Positions 1 to 9,345 of a stretch of 64,000 bases of DNA are shown here, in pieces (position 1 is the first letter of the stretch; each line of letters begins with the position of its first letter). Source of the DNA: Planctomycetia bacterium (GTDB taxonomy: Bacteria > Planctomycetota > Planctomycetia > Pirellulales > PNKZ01); the NCBI GenBank assembly GCA_021413845.1, contig JAIOPP010000021.1, positions 75,975-139,974 of the forward strand, in the 5' to 3' direction. Both the position numbers and the translations under genes were made by a program. The notes under the pieces were generated by a model, which had not been told where the DNA came from, did no database searches, and saw only the letters and a program-made list of their open reading frames with translations.

Positions 1-2
1 GC

Positions 3-269
3 AGGCCGGAAGAAGACACCGAACGATTTGCTTTCTCGCTCGATCGACCATCGTCGCAAGGGACCGACAATCAAGTCGATTCATTCGAGCACCGGCGGCG
101 ACAAGCGGCGCGGCCGTGGCTCGAAGCTTCCCATCGCGATTCGTCGTCGCATTTATTGCAACATGTCGAAACCTACCGGAGGTCGGAGTCGCGTCTCCTC
201 ACGCCGCTCAACATCGCACGACGCGCCGCGAGATTCAACGCGAAGAATTGGGCCATGTCTACAACGTAG
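3..269 (+). CDS. Possible 3' end of a CDS entering from the left window edge (hypothetical)
   Basis: Frame 3 is open for 88 codons from the window edge to TAG 267-269 (hand-translated, ending ...ARRAARFNAKNWAMSTT*). Composition is less Arg-rich than the other frames. No family recognised. The stop codon lies inside inverted-repeat copy 1. An open frame of this length is weak evidence in high-GC DNA. Confidence 0.2.
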   Translation, partial: RPEEDTERFAFSLDRPSSQGTDNQVDSFEHRRRQAARPWLEASHRDSSSHLLQHVETYRRSESRLLTPLNIARRAARFNAKNWAMSTT

Positions 270-444
270 CAGGCACGTTCCACGTGCCGTCCGCCACAGC
301 TGATACGGAACGATCATCGCGGTGTGGCCCGGATATGCATCCGGGGCTATTGAACGGAGCTGCGTGTGAACGGAGGCTGCGTCGCGATGCTGCACTTAGC
401 TTCAACGGCGCACGTGGCTACGGCACGTGGAACGTGCCTGCTAC
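266..444. repeat. Perfect 25-bp inverted repeat pair (266-290 GTAGCAGGCACGTTCCACGTGCCGT; 420-444 exact reverse complement) bracketing 129 nt
   Basis: Verified base by base. The match does not extend at 265/445 or 291/419. Each arm also contains an internal 7-bp palindrome (GGCACGT/ACGTGCC). Arm 2 contains the coaB stop codon (CTA 441-443 on the plus strand). Confidence 0.9.
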
Positions 445-1085
445 TTTATTCGGATCAGCTTCTTTGCGATGACGTCGAAGATGCCTTGGGCGACTGCCGA
501 TTTCTTGCCGCTGAGTTTTGCGACGACCGTGCCGCTGCGGTCGAGAATCTCCACCGTGTTCGAGTCGGCGCTGATGGCATCGGGCCCGTTCAACACGATC
601 AGATCGCAGCTTTTCTTTTGCAGCTTCGTCACCGCGCGATGGTGATGATCGTCGGTCTCCAGAGCGAAGCCGACGAGCCATTGCGACGTCCCCTGCTCTT
701 GCTTGCGGCGGCCGAGCGTGGCGACGACGTCGGGCGTTTCCACGAACAAGATCGGCAGCGGAGCCCCCGTCTTCGCGATCTTCCGGTCTTCCATGCGCTG
801 CGGCTTGTAGTCGCACGGAGCGGCCACGCCGATCAAGCCGTCGCAGGCGGGGAACTCACGCTCGCACGCCGCGAGCATCTCATCCGTCGTGACGACGGGA
901 ACGACGCGCGCCGCGGCCGGATACGCGATCTCGACCGGACCCGAGACGACGACGACTTCGTGCCCGGCCGCGAGTGCCGCCTCGACCAGCGCGAGCCCCA
1001 TCCGGCCGCTCGAAGCGTTCGTCAGATAACGTACCGGATCGAGATACTGTCGGGTCGGGCCGGAGGTGATGAGGATGCGCGCCAT
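441..1085 (-). CDS. coaB: Phosphopantothenate--cysteine ligase (stand-alone CoaB)
   Basis: 214-aa ORF. N-terminus ILITSGPTRQYLDPVRYLTNASSGRMG matches the start of the CoaB half of Dfp/CoaBC. It lies directly downstream of coaC on the same strand. Confidence 0.85.
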   Translation of the reverse strand: MARILITSGPTRQYLDPVRYLTNASSGRMGLALVEAALAAGHEVVVVSGPVEIAYPAAARVVPVVTTDEMLAACEREFPACDGLIGVAAPCDYKPQRMEDRKIAKTGAPLPILFVETPDVVATLGRRKQEQGTSQWLVGFALETDDHHHRAVTKLQKKSCDLIVLNGPDAISADSNTVEILDRSGTVVAKLSGKKSAVAQGIFDVIAKKLIRIK

Positions 1086-1129
1086 GGCCCGAGCTGGTCT
1101 GTTAATTCAAGGTGCTATATCAAGGCGCG

Positions 1130-1678
1130 CTATTCGGAGAGGGCCGCATCGATGGCGGCGCGAATCACGTCGGGCTCGGCCATGCGGCCGGAGCCGCGCG
1201 TCCGGCAGCTCAGCCAACCTTCGCCGGGATCGACGATCGAAACGCCGTCGGAGCGCAATTGCTCGACGTTGCGCCCCACGGCCGGCGCTTCCCACATTTG
1301 CGTGTTCATCGCCGGAGCCATGAGCACGCGGCCGCCGAACGCGAGATAGAGCGTGCTGAGCAGATCGTCGGCTGCGCCCTGCGCCGCTTTGAAAAGAAAG
1401 TCGGCCGAGGCCGGGGCGACGCAGAGCAACTGCGCTCGCTCGGCTAGGCCGATATGCGCGCCGAGCGGGAACTCTTTGTTGTCGAACACCGTGCGATACA
1501 CCGGCCGGCCCGTCAGGGCCTCGAAGGTCGGCGGGCCGATGAAGCGGCAAGCGGCTTCGGTCATCACGACGGTCACCGCAGCGCCGTCTTGCACGAGCCG
1601 GCTGACGAGCGCCGCGGTCTTAAAGGCCGCGATGCCGCCGGTAATGCCGACGACGATTTCGCGCCCGGCGACGATCAT
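1130..1678 (-). CDS. coaC: Phosphopantothenoylcysteine decarboxylase (stand-alone CoaC flavoprotein)
   Basis: 182-aa [16 protein letters not shown] flavin-binding N-terminus and PAMNTQMW motif are typical of the CoaC half of CoaBC. It ends with its own stop codon 44 nt before the coaB start. Confidence 0.85.
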   Translation of the reverse strand: MIVAGREIVVGITGGIAAFKTAALVSRLVQDGAAVTVVMTEAACRFIGPPTFEALTGRPVYRTVFDNKEFPLGAHIGLAERAQLLCVAPASADFLFKAAQGAADDLLSTLYLAFGGRVLMAPAMNTQMWEAPAVGRNVEQLRSDGVSIVDPGEGWLSCRTRGSGRMAEPDVIRAAIDAALSE

Positions 1679-1938
1679 AGCGCGTTGAGATCCAATTCCG
1701 GCGGGCCGCCGGCCGCGGTGTTGTCGCCCGTTACGCGCATGCTGCCCGTCGTGTCGAGATAGATCTTGTCGTTCAATATCTCTGCGAGGACGATCTGCAT
1801 CTTGTCGGCCGTATGGACTTCGACCAACGGGCGAGCGCCGGCGTTGAGCGCGACGAGGCGCTTCTGGATCAAAGTCGACAGCTTAAAGCGGCCGCCCACC
1901 TTGTTGACGATCGCTTCTTCCCGCAGGGCGTCGAGCAT
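1675..1938 (-). CDS. rpoZ: DNA-directed RNA polymerase subunit omega
   Basis: 87 aa. [21 protein letters not shown] resembles the RpoZ core (GNRF-L...RA..L). It sits in the conserved gmk-rpoZ-coaBC position and has a 4-nt overlap with coaC. Confidence 0.7.
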   Translation of the reverse strand: MLDALREEAIVNKVGGRFKLSTLIQKRLVALNAGARPLVEVHTADKMQIVLAEILNDKIYLDTTGSMRVTGDNTAAGGPPELDLNAL

Positions 1939-1941
1939 ACG

Positions 1942-2520
1942 TTAATCTCCGCAATGAGTTAGAATCCGACAAAGCTCCCCGACCGCCGTATCGACGTCGT
2001 CGTTCGTGACGTGATAACGATACGCGCCGGCTTCCATCATTTCCCGCCGGGCCACTTCCAAACGACGCTGGATCGCTTCACGGGTTTCCGTGCCGCGCGC
2101 CGTTAGCCGCCGCTCAAGTTCTTCGACCGATCGGGGCTGAATGAAAATCGTGATCGCCTCAGGGTAGTGCTGCAAGACAGCGAACGTACCTTGAACGTCG
2201 ATCTCTAATACTACCCATTTTCCCGACGCAAGCCTAGGGGCTACTTCGCTTTGCAGCGTGCCGTACCAATCGCCCCGGCCGAAAACCTCGAACGATTCGA
2301 GGAATTCGCCCCGTTCGCGACGGAGGCGGAATTCTTCGAGCGTCAGAAAGTGGTAGTCGACGCCGTCGGTCTCGCCGGGGCGCGGGCGACGGGTCGTCGC
2401 TGAAACTCCCGCGACGAGCGGAGCATCGCACTCGGCGTACATCCGCTTGAGAAGGGTCGTTTTCCCGGCTCCCGAGGGCCCGGAAATGACGATCAACTTG
2501 CCGTTGGTCGCGCTGGTCAT
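1942..2520 (-). CDS. gmk: Guanylate kinase
   Basis: 192 aa. P-loop ISGPSGAGKTTL, then ATTRRPRPGETDGVDYHF and EIDVQG motifs characteristic of Gmk. Confidence 0.92.
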   Translation of the reverse strand: MTSATNGKLIVISGPSGAGKTTLLKRMYAECDAPLVAGVSATTRRPRPGETDGVDYHFLTLEEFRLRRERGEFLESFEVFGRGDWYGTLQSEVAPRLASGKWVVLEIDVQGTFAVLQHYPEAITIFIQPRSVEELERRLTARGTETREAIQRRLEVARREMMEAGAYRYHVTNDDVDTAVGELCRILTHCGD

Positions 2521-2554
2521 AAAGGCTTGGGGTGGCGAGCTCGGCGGCCGCGCG

Positions 2555-3427
2555 CTACTCGACGTTTTGGATCATCTCTTTGATACGTTCGACCGCGGTC
2601 TTCACTTCGATCACATGCTTCGAGATCTGCACGTCGTTGGCCTTCGAGCCGATCGTGTTGATCTCGCGGAACATTTCTTGCGTGAGAAACTCCAGCTTCC
2701 GGCCGGTGCTTTCCGTCGCCTGAATAAAGTTCTCGAACTGCTCGATGTGGCTCCGCAGCCGGACGATCTCTTCGCTGATATCGGCCCGATCGGCGAACAC
2801 CGCGACTTCCTTGATAAGGTCCGAGACGTTCAGCGTGATCTGATGTTCCGACAACGCGGCTTGCACCCGTTCGATGAGGCGTTTGCGGTATTGCTCGGCG
2901 GTAAACGGCGCACGCTTCTCGATCTCGACGAGCTCCGTGGCGACGACGGCGCAGTTGGCGCGCAAGTCGGTCGTCATGCTCCGGCCTTCGTCGGTGCGGA
3001 ACTTGTCGAGGTTTTCCAGCGCGGCGATGAGCGTTGCGCGGATCGTCGGCCATTGGGCGGCGACGTCGGGCGCGCGGTTCGGGTTCTCCATCACGACGCC
3101 CGGGAGCCCGAGCAGCGTTTCCAGCGGCACCTGATCGGTCACGTGCCATTGATCGTGCATCGCTTGCAATTGCTCGCGATAACCGGCCAGCACGGCCCGA
3201 TTGATGAGATAGTCGTCGGCCGAGGTGAGGCGATCGACGCGGAGATTGATCTGCACGGTGCCGCGGCGAACATGCTCGCGCACGATCTGCTCGATCTCGC
3301 TTTCGAGCGTGCTATAGCCTTCGCCGCACTTGATGTTGAGCTTGAAGTACCGGTTGTTGATGGTACGGACTTCGACCGCCGTCGAGAGTTCCGCCTCACG
3401 ACGATGCGCCTCTCCGAATCCGGTCAT
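2555..3427 (-). CDS. yicC: YicC-family stress-induced protein
   Basis: I moved the start to the internal ATG at 3427 (MTGFGEA..., the canonical YicC N-terminus). The upstream 58 codons are Arg/Pro-rich and overlap secG. C-terminal GRKLEFLTQEMFREINTIGSKAN matches the YicC/DUF1732 signature. Confidence 0.85.
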   Translation of the reverse strand: MTGFGEAHRREAELSTAVEVRTINNRYFKLNIKCGEGYSTLESEIEQIVREHVRRGTVQINLRVDRLTSADDYLINRAVLAGYREQLQAMHDQWHVTDQVPLETLLGLPGVVMENPNRAPDVAAQWPTIRATLIAALENLDKFRTDEGRSMTTDLRANCAVVATELVEIEKRAPFTAEQYRKRLIERVQAALSEHQITLNVSDLIKEVAVFADRADISEEIVRLRSHIEQFENFIQATESTGRKLEFLTQEMFREINTIGSKANDVQISKHVIEVKTAVERIKEMIQNVE

Positions 3428-3497
3428 GCTCAGCAGCAAAAAACGAATCTCCCGAACGATGACATGGCGATCGAGGCCGGCAGCCTGCGGGCGAAGC

Positions 3498-3899
3498 TTA
3501 GGAACCGGTGCCGGTGGCAGCCGGAGCCGAGCCGGCTGGAGCAGTACCAACCGGAGCGGGAGCCGTACCAGCAGGCGCCGTCGCGGCCGGCGGGTTGGCA
3601 TTCGGCAACGGCACGCCCGGCTCGACGCCCGTCGTCACGGCCGGGCTGTTGTCGGCGAATTGCGTATCCAAGCTCGGCCGGAAATACTTCACCGAAGCGG
3701 CGCAGAGTAAAATCCACACGGCCGCCACGATGATCGTGACGCGGGTAAACAAGTCGCCGGCTTTGGTGCCGAAGGCGCTTTGGCCTCCCATGCCGCCGAG
3801 CGCGCCGGCGAGGCCGCCGCCCCGTCCGCGCTGCACGAGCACGAGCAAGATGAGGAACACCGAGATGATGAACAACAAAGTCTTAATCAAGAAGATCAT
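3498..3899 (-). CDS. secG: Preprotein translocase subunit SecG with Pro/Ala-rich C-terminal tail
   Basis: 133 aa. LILLVLVQRGRGGGLAGALGGMGGQSAFG is the SecG signature loop between two TM helices. It lies immediately after tpiA, a conserved pairing. Confidence 0.85.
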   Translation of the reverse strand: MIFLIKTLLFIISVFLILLVLVQRGRGGGLAGALGGMGGQSAFGTKAGDLFTRVTIIVAAVWILLCAASVKYFRPSLDTQFADNSPAVTTGVEPGVPLPNANPPAATAPAGTAPAPVGTAPAGSAPAATGTGS

Positions 3900-4658
3900 T
3901 TAGCTTTTGACTCCGGCCGCGATTCCCAAAAAGTCGGCGGCCTTCAGGCTCGCTCCGCCGACCAAGGCTCCGTCCACATTCGGTTGCGACATCAATTCGA
4001 CCGCGTTACTGGGCTTCACGCTACCGCCGTAGAGGATGCGCACCTTTTGGGAAAGCGGCTCATTGTAGCGTTGAGCGATCAGTTTGCGAAGGTCGGCATG
4101 CACTTCTTCCGCCTGCTCCGGGCTGGCCGTCAGGCCGGTGCCGATCGCCCAAACCGGTTCGTAGGCGATGACGATCTTTTCCATCTGCTCGGCCGAAATT
4201 CCGGCCAAAGAGCCCTCGAACTGCTTCCGGATCACATCTTTGGTCCGGTTTTCTTGCCGCTCGGCCAACAGCTCGCCGACGCAGACGATCGGGCTGATCC
4301 CGGCCGCCAAGGCCGCGAGGGTCTTCTTATTCACCACGGCGTCGGTCTCGCCCAGTATCGTCCGGCGCTCGCTATGGCCGAGGATCACGTATTTGCACTC
4401 GAGGTCGACGACCATCGTGGCGGCCGTTTCGCCGGTGTAGGCACCCGGAGCTTCGGGATACAAATTCTGCGGCCCCCACGCGACGGCCGAGCCTTTCAAG
4501 ACTTGGCGCACCGCATCGACGTAGACCGTGGCGGGAAACACGGCGAGCTCGCATTGCGGATAGTTCTTAGCACCGTCGGCCACGGCGCCGGCCAGGGCGA
4601 CCGACTCGCTGCGGGTGAGGTTCATCTTCCAATTGCCGGCGATGAGCGGGGTTCGCAT
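3900..4658 (-). CDS. tpiA: Triosephosphate isomerase
   Basis: 252 aa. AGNWKMN, GHSERR and IAYEPVWAIGTG motifs. Confidence 0.95.
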   Translation of the reverse strand: MRTPLIAGNWKMNLTRSESVALAGAVADGAKNYPQCELAVFPATVYVDAVRQVLKGSAVAWGPQNLYPEAPGAYTGETAATMVVDLECKYVILGHSERRTILGETDAVVNKKTLAALAAGISPIVCVGELLAERQENRTKDVIRKQFEGSLAGISAEQMEKIVIAYEPVWAIGTGLTASPEQAEEVHADLRKLIAQRYNEPLSQKVRILYGGSVKPSNAVELMSQPNVDGALVGGASLKAADFLGIAAGVKS

Positions 4659-4906
4659 GCTTGCTCTCTCGATTCTCTCGTGCTGAGTGTTCGTTGGGTG
4701 GACTACAGGTTTGCCTTATCGACCGCCGGGCTTGCGATGCGAAAGCCGCTCGAGGCGGCTCCGAAGACGAACGAAGTTCGCCAGGGCGAAGTCTGCACGA
4801 TGGCCGCGAAATTGTCTAGCGGCTCGGAACGACAGGGCCCGTTATTTTCGCGAGACGGGACTAGAAGACCGAGAAGACGCGGCCCGAGCGTGCGAGACGG
4901 AGCCCG

Positions 4907-6034
4907 TTACCCGACCGGCTCGGCCTTCGCATACGACCCTAACACTTCGAGCCGGAGGGTCTTCTTCTCCAACGATTTCAGGGCGTTGCGCACTTTCAGA
5001 TCGGTTTCGTGGCCGTCGAGTTCGACGAAGAACATGTAGCCCCCTTCGGGCCGCGCGATCGGAAACGATTCGATCCAAGTGAGATTCAGCTTGGCGCGCT
5101 TGAAGGCGTTCATCGCGTCGGCCAGCGCTCCCGGTTTGTGCGGCACCTCGAACATCACCGAGAGCTTATCGCGGCCCGTTCGGGCAGCCGATGCTTCGCC
5201 GATGACGAAGAAGCGCGTGACGTTCGATTGATTGTCTTCGATGTTCTCTGCCAAGAGATTCAAACCGTAAACCGCCGCGGCTTGCGCGCCGGCCACGGCA
5301 GCCACCTCCGGGCGCGAGCGGGCCGTTTGGGCGGCGGCGATCGTGCTGGCGACTTCGACCAACCGCGCTTCCGGCAGATGCCGCGAGAGCCAATTGCGGC
5401 ACTGCGACAACGCCTGCGGCTTGCTATGCACTTCGGTAATGCCGGCCCTCGGGCCGACGCCAAGCAGGCTATGGTGGATCGCCAACGGCACCTCGCCGCA
5501 GACGCGTACCCGGAGCCGGGTGAACATGTCGAGCGTGTCGGCAACTCGCCCGTCCGTCGAGTTTTCGACCGGCACGACCCCAAAGTCGGCCTGACCTCGG
5601 TTCACTTCCTCGAAGACGGCCGAAATGCTCCCAACCGGGACTTGGTCGATCGACTGGCCGAAACGGCTCAGCACCGCGAGATGGCTGTAAGTGTAGGCCG
5701 GCCCGAGAAACGCGACCTGGGTCTTGCGTTGCAGCTTCCGCCAACCGCTGGCAAGCTCCCGATAGACGTTCTGCAGCGTCGCGAGGTCGAGCGGACCTTC
5801 GTTCATAGCCTCGGCATCGGCCGGGAGGCTATCGAACGCGGGGGGAATCGCATGGGGTTGGTGAGTTGCAGCCCCGGCCTCGGCTGCGGAGGTGCCGCTG
5901 GTTTGCACGGCCAATTCGGCTCGGCGATTGAGCAGGGCGATGAGTTCGCGGTCGAGCTTCTCGCGTCGGCGGCGCAGAGCTTCCGGCCCTTCGGCTTGGG
6001 GCGGCGACTTCTTTTTGTCGGGCGTTTCAGACAC
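4907..6034 (-). CDS. pheA: Bifunctional chorismate mutase / prephenate dehydratase (P-protein)
   Basis: 375 aa. Chorismate-mutase helix LDRELIALLNRRAELA, PDT region VAFLGPAYTYSHLA ... NVTRFFVIG, and C-terminal ACT-like region (ESFPI...FFVELDGH). Confidence 0.85.
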   Translation of the reverse strand: MSETPDKKKSPPQAEGPEALRRRREKLDRELIALLNRRAELAVQTSGTSAAEAGAATHQPHAIPPAFDSLPADAEAMNEGPLDLATLQNVYRELASGWRKLQRKTQVAFLGPAYTYSHLAVLSRFGQSIDQVPVGSISAVFEEVNRGQADFGVVPVENSTDGRVADTLDMFTRLRVRVCGEVPLAIHHSLLGVGPRAGITEVHSKPQALSQCRNWLSRHLPEARLVEVASTIAAAQTARSRPEVAAVAGAQAAAVYGLNLLAENIEDNQSNVTRFFVIGEASAARTGRDKLSVMFEVPHKPGALADAMNAFKRAKLNLTWIESFPIARPEGGYMFFVELDGHETDLKVRNALKSLEKKTLRLEVLGSYAKAEPVG

Positions 6035-6141
6035 CTAAATCACCTGCTAGCGGAGCGGCCTGCGAGTGCCCCGCTTCCCTCTGTGAAACTGCCAAAATGA
6101 CAACGCCGCTCATTCGTTCCCTAACATGCCAAAACGACAGC

Positions 6142-6170
6142 CTTGAAGAACGAATCGGCTGGCTAAATAT
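6142..6170 (+). promoter_or_regulatory. Candidate sigma32-like heat-shock promoter upstream of dnaK
   Basis: CTTGAA (6142-6147), then 15 nt, then CTAAATAT (6163-6170). This partially resembles the proteobacterial sigma32 consensus CTTGAA-N13-15-CCCCATNT. A strong RBS AAGGAGA lies at 6386-6392 before ATG 6400. Promoter rules for this lineage are unknown to me. Confidence 0.2.
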
Positions 6171-6399
6171 ACCGTTGGATTTCTTGCGAGCAGGCGTAAA
6201 TGTCCTAAGCTAAGCGATTTAACGACTCAATTTTCAGACATTATGCCCGGCGAACGGCGCTGGCACAAACTTTGCTTTATTTGAGGTTCGTCGCTCACAG
6301 CCCGCCACAAACGCAGGCCGATCGACGCGAAACCGCATTTCCAACCAGCGCGCCGTTCGGCGCGAACTCAGTATAGCCGCATCAAGAAGGAGACACTTC

Positions 6400-8319
<1,920 letters not shown>

Positions 8320-8346
8320 ACGTCGTTCAGCTTAAGAGGCAATAAC

Positions 8347-8667
8347 ATGGATGCCGTCACACGTGAGTATGTTGCGGGATTGGAAAATATCTACAAGGAG
8401 ATCTTTGCAACATTCCCCAAAGCGGAACCAGCGAGAAAGGTCGGCTACGGCCTGGCGTTGCCGACCTTTTTCGCCCTCTTGAAAGACAAATGGTCGCCGG
8501 GCGAAATTATTGAAGCGTGTAACCAACTGGAGACGGGAAAAGCCGCCACGATAAAAAACAAGTTCTTCGTACAGCCGACGGAATTAGGCGAAGAAATCAT
8601 CACGGTACTTACCGGTAAAAAAGCCGGCGATTTCAAAGTCCCTGCGTTCGTACCGCCCGGTAGTTAA
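8347..8667 (+). CDS. Hypothetical 106-aa protein, first gene of the low-GC two-gene insert
   Basis: RBS AAGAGG lies 6-8 nt before ATG 8347. The ORF is in a locally low-GC block (hand-counted 26-34 G+C per 60 nt). No family recognised and no signal peptide or TM segment. Confidence 0.6.
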   Translation: MDAVTREYVAGLENIYKEIFATFPKAEPARKVGYGLALPTFFALLKDKWSPGEIIEACNQLETGKAATIKNKFFVQPTELGEEIITVLTGKKAGDFKVPAFVPPGS

Positions 8668-8672
8668 TCCCA

Positions 8673-9314
8673 ATGCCTGCACGATGGCAAATCGATTTCT
8701 GGCCCGAGTGCACGAAACATGCATTCTTGTCGCATTGTGCGGAAGACCGTGCGAATCTCGTATCTCCCGTTTTCGAAGAGCTGGAACGAAGAAAAATTGC
8801 CGGGTGGTTTGACCGGCATCATTATCCGGCAGGAAGAGACTCATTCGAAACGTTACGTGAAGAACTTCTTGGAACGCGCCACGTCGTTTATTTCATCACG
8901 CCTGCGATGCTTAACCAGGGTCGAGGTTGGACTCAAATCGAACGAGGATACTCGGCCACGATTCAGCAGCTTCTTCGTTATGAAGACATTGAACTAGCGC
9001 ATGTAGAACTTCCTCTGCTATTCGCCGATTCGACGGACGATGTGTTCCAGCGTTTGGTCTATCGTTCTCTAATCGACAAATCTCTTCGCTGCAACATTCC
9101 GATTTTGGACGCCGCAGATGGATACTGGGGAAGGAACCACGTCGAGTGGGCGGCGGATGCGATAGAGAGCTTCGTTCACCAAGAAGAGCAGTGGGCGATC
9201 AATCTTGCGGTTCGGTTTGCTCAAGATAGTCATCTACAAGAACGTTTTGCGACGGACGACAATCGAAGACGGCGAATATTAGCGGAAAGCCCGCCGCCGT
9301 TTCCCGGCATTTGA
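8673..9314 (+). CDS. TIR-domain protein (TIR_2-like N-terminal domain plus about 110-aa unknown C-terminal region)
   Basis: 213 aa, starting 5 nt after the upstream ORF stop. Motifs AFLSHCAEDR, KIAGWFDRHHYPAG, RHVVYFITPAML and GWTQIE (W-x3-E, Glu90 codon 8940-8942) follow the order and spacing of bacterial TIR domains. Low GC (28-29 of 60 in two hand-counted lines). Confidence 0.75.
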   Translation: MPARWQIDFWPECTKHAFLSHCAEDRANLVSPVFEELERRKIAGWFDRHHYPAGRDSFETLREELLGTRHVVYFITPAMLNQGRGWTQIERGYSATIQQLLRYEDIELAHVELPLLFADSTDDVFQRLVYRSLIDKSLRCNIPILDAADGYWGRNHVEWAADAIESFVHQEEQWAINLAVRFAQDSHLQERFATDDNRRRRILAESPPPFPGI

Positions 9315-9345
9315 CCCCGATTTGTCTTCGTCGAAATGAGGAACA

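Noticed and set aside
116-472. 118-aa plus-strand ORF (GTG start) spanning both inverted-repeat arms, which would encode VAGTFHVPS and YGTWNVPAT.
   Set aside because: No motifs. It overlaps the coaB 3' end, and its openness is explained by the palindromic, stop-poor repeat sequence. It is treated as non-coding.
3428-3601. N-terminal 58-codon extension of the yicC ORF in the six-frame track.
   Set aside because: The extension is Arg/Pro/Leu-rich and overlaps the 3' end of secG. The canonical YicC N-terminus MTGFG begins at the internal ATG (3427).
6035-6399. Looked for CIRCE (TTAGCACTC-N9-GAGTGCTAA) or HAIR heat-shock operators upstream of dnaK.
   Set aside because: No such inverted repeat is present. 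Only a weak sigma32-like -35/-10 pair was found, reported at low confidence.
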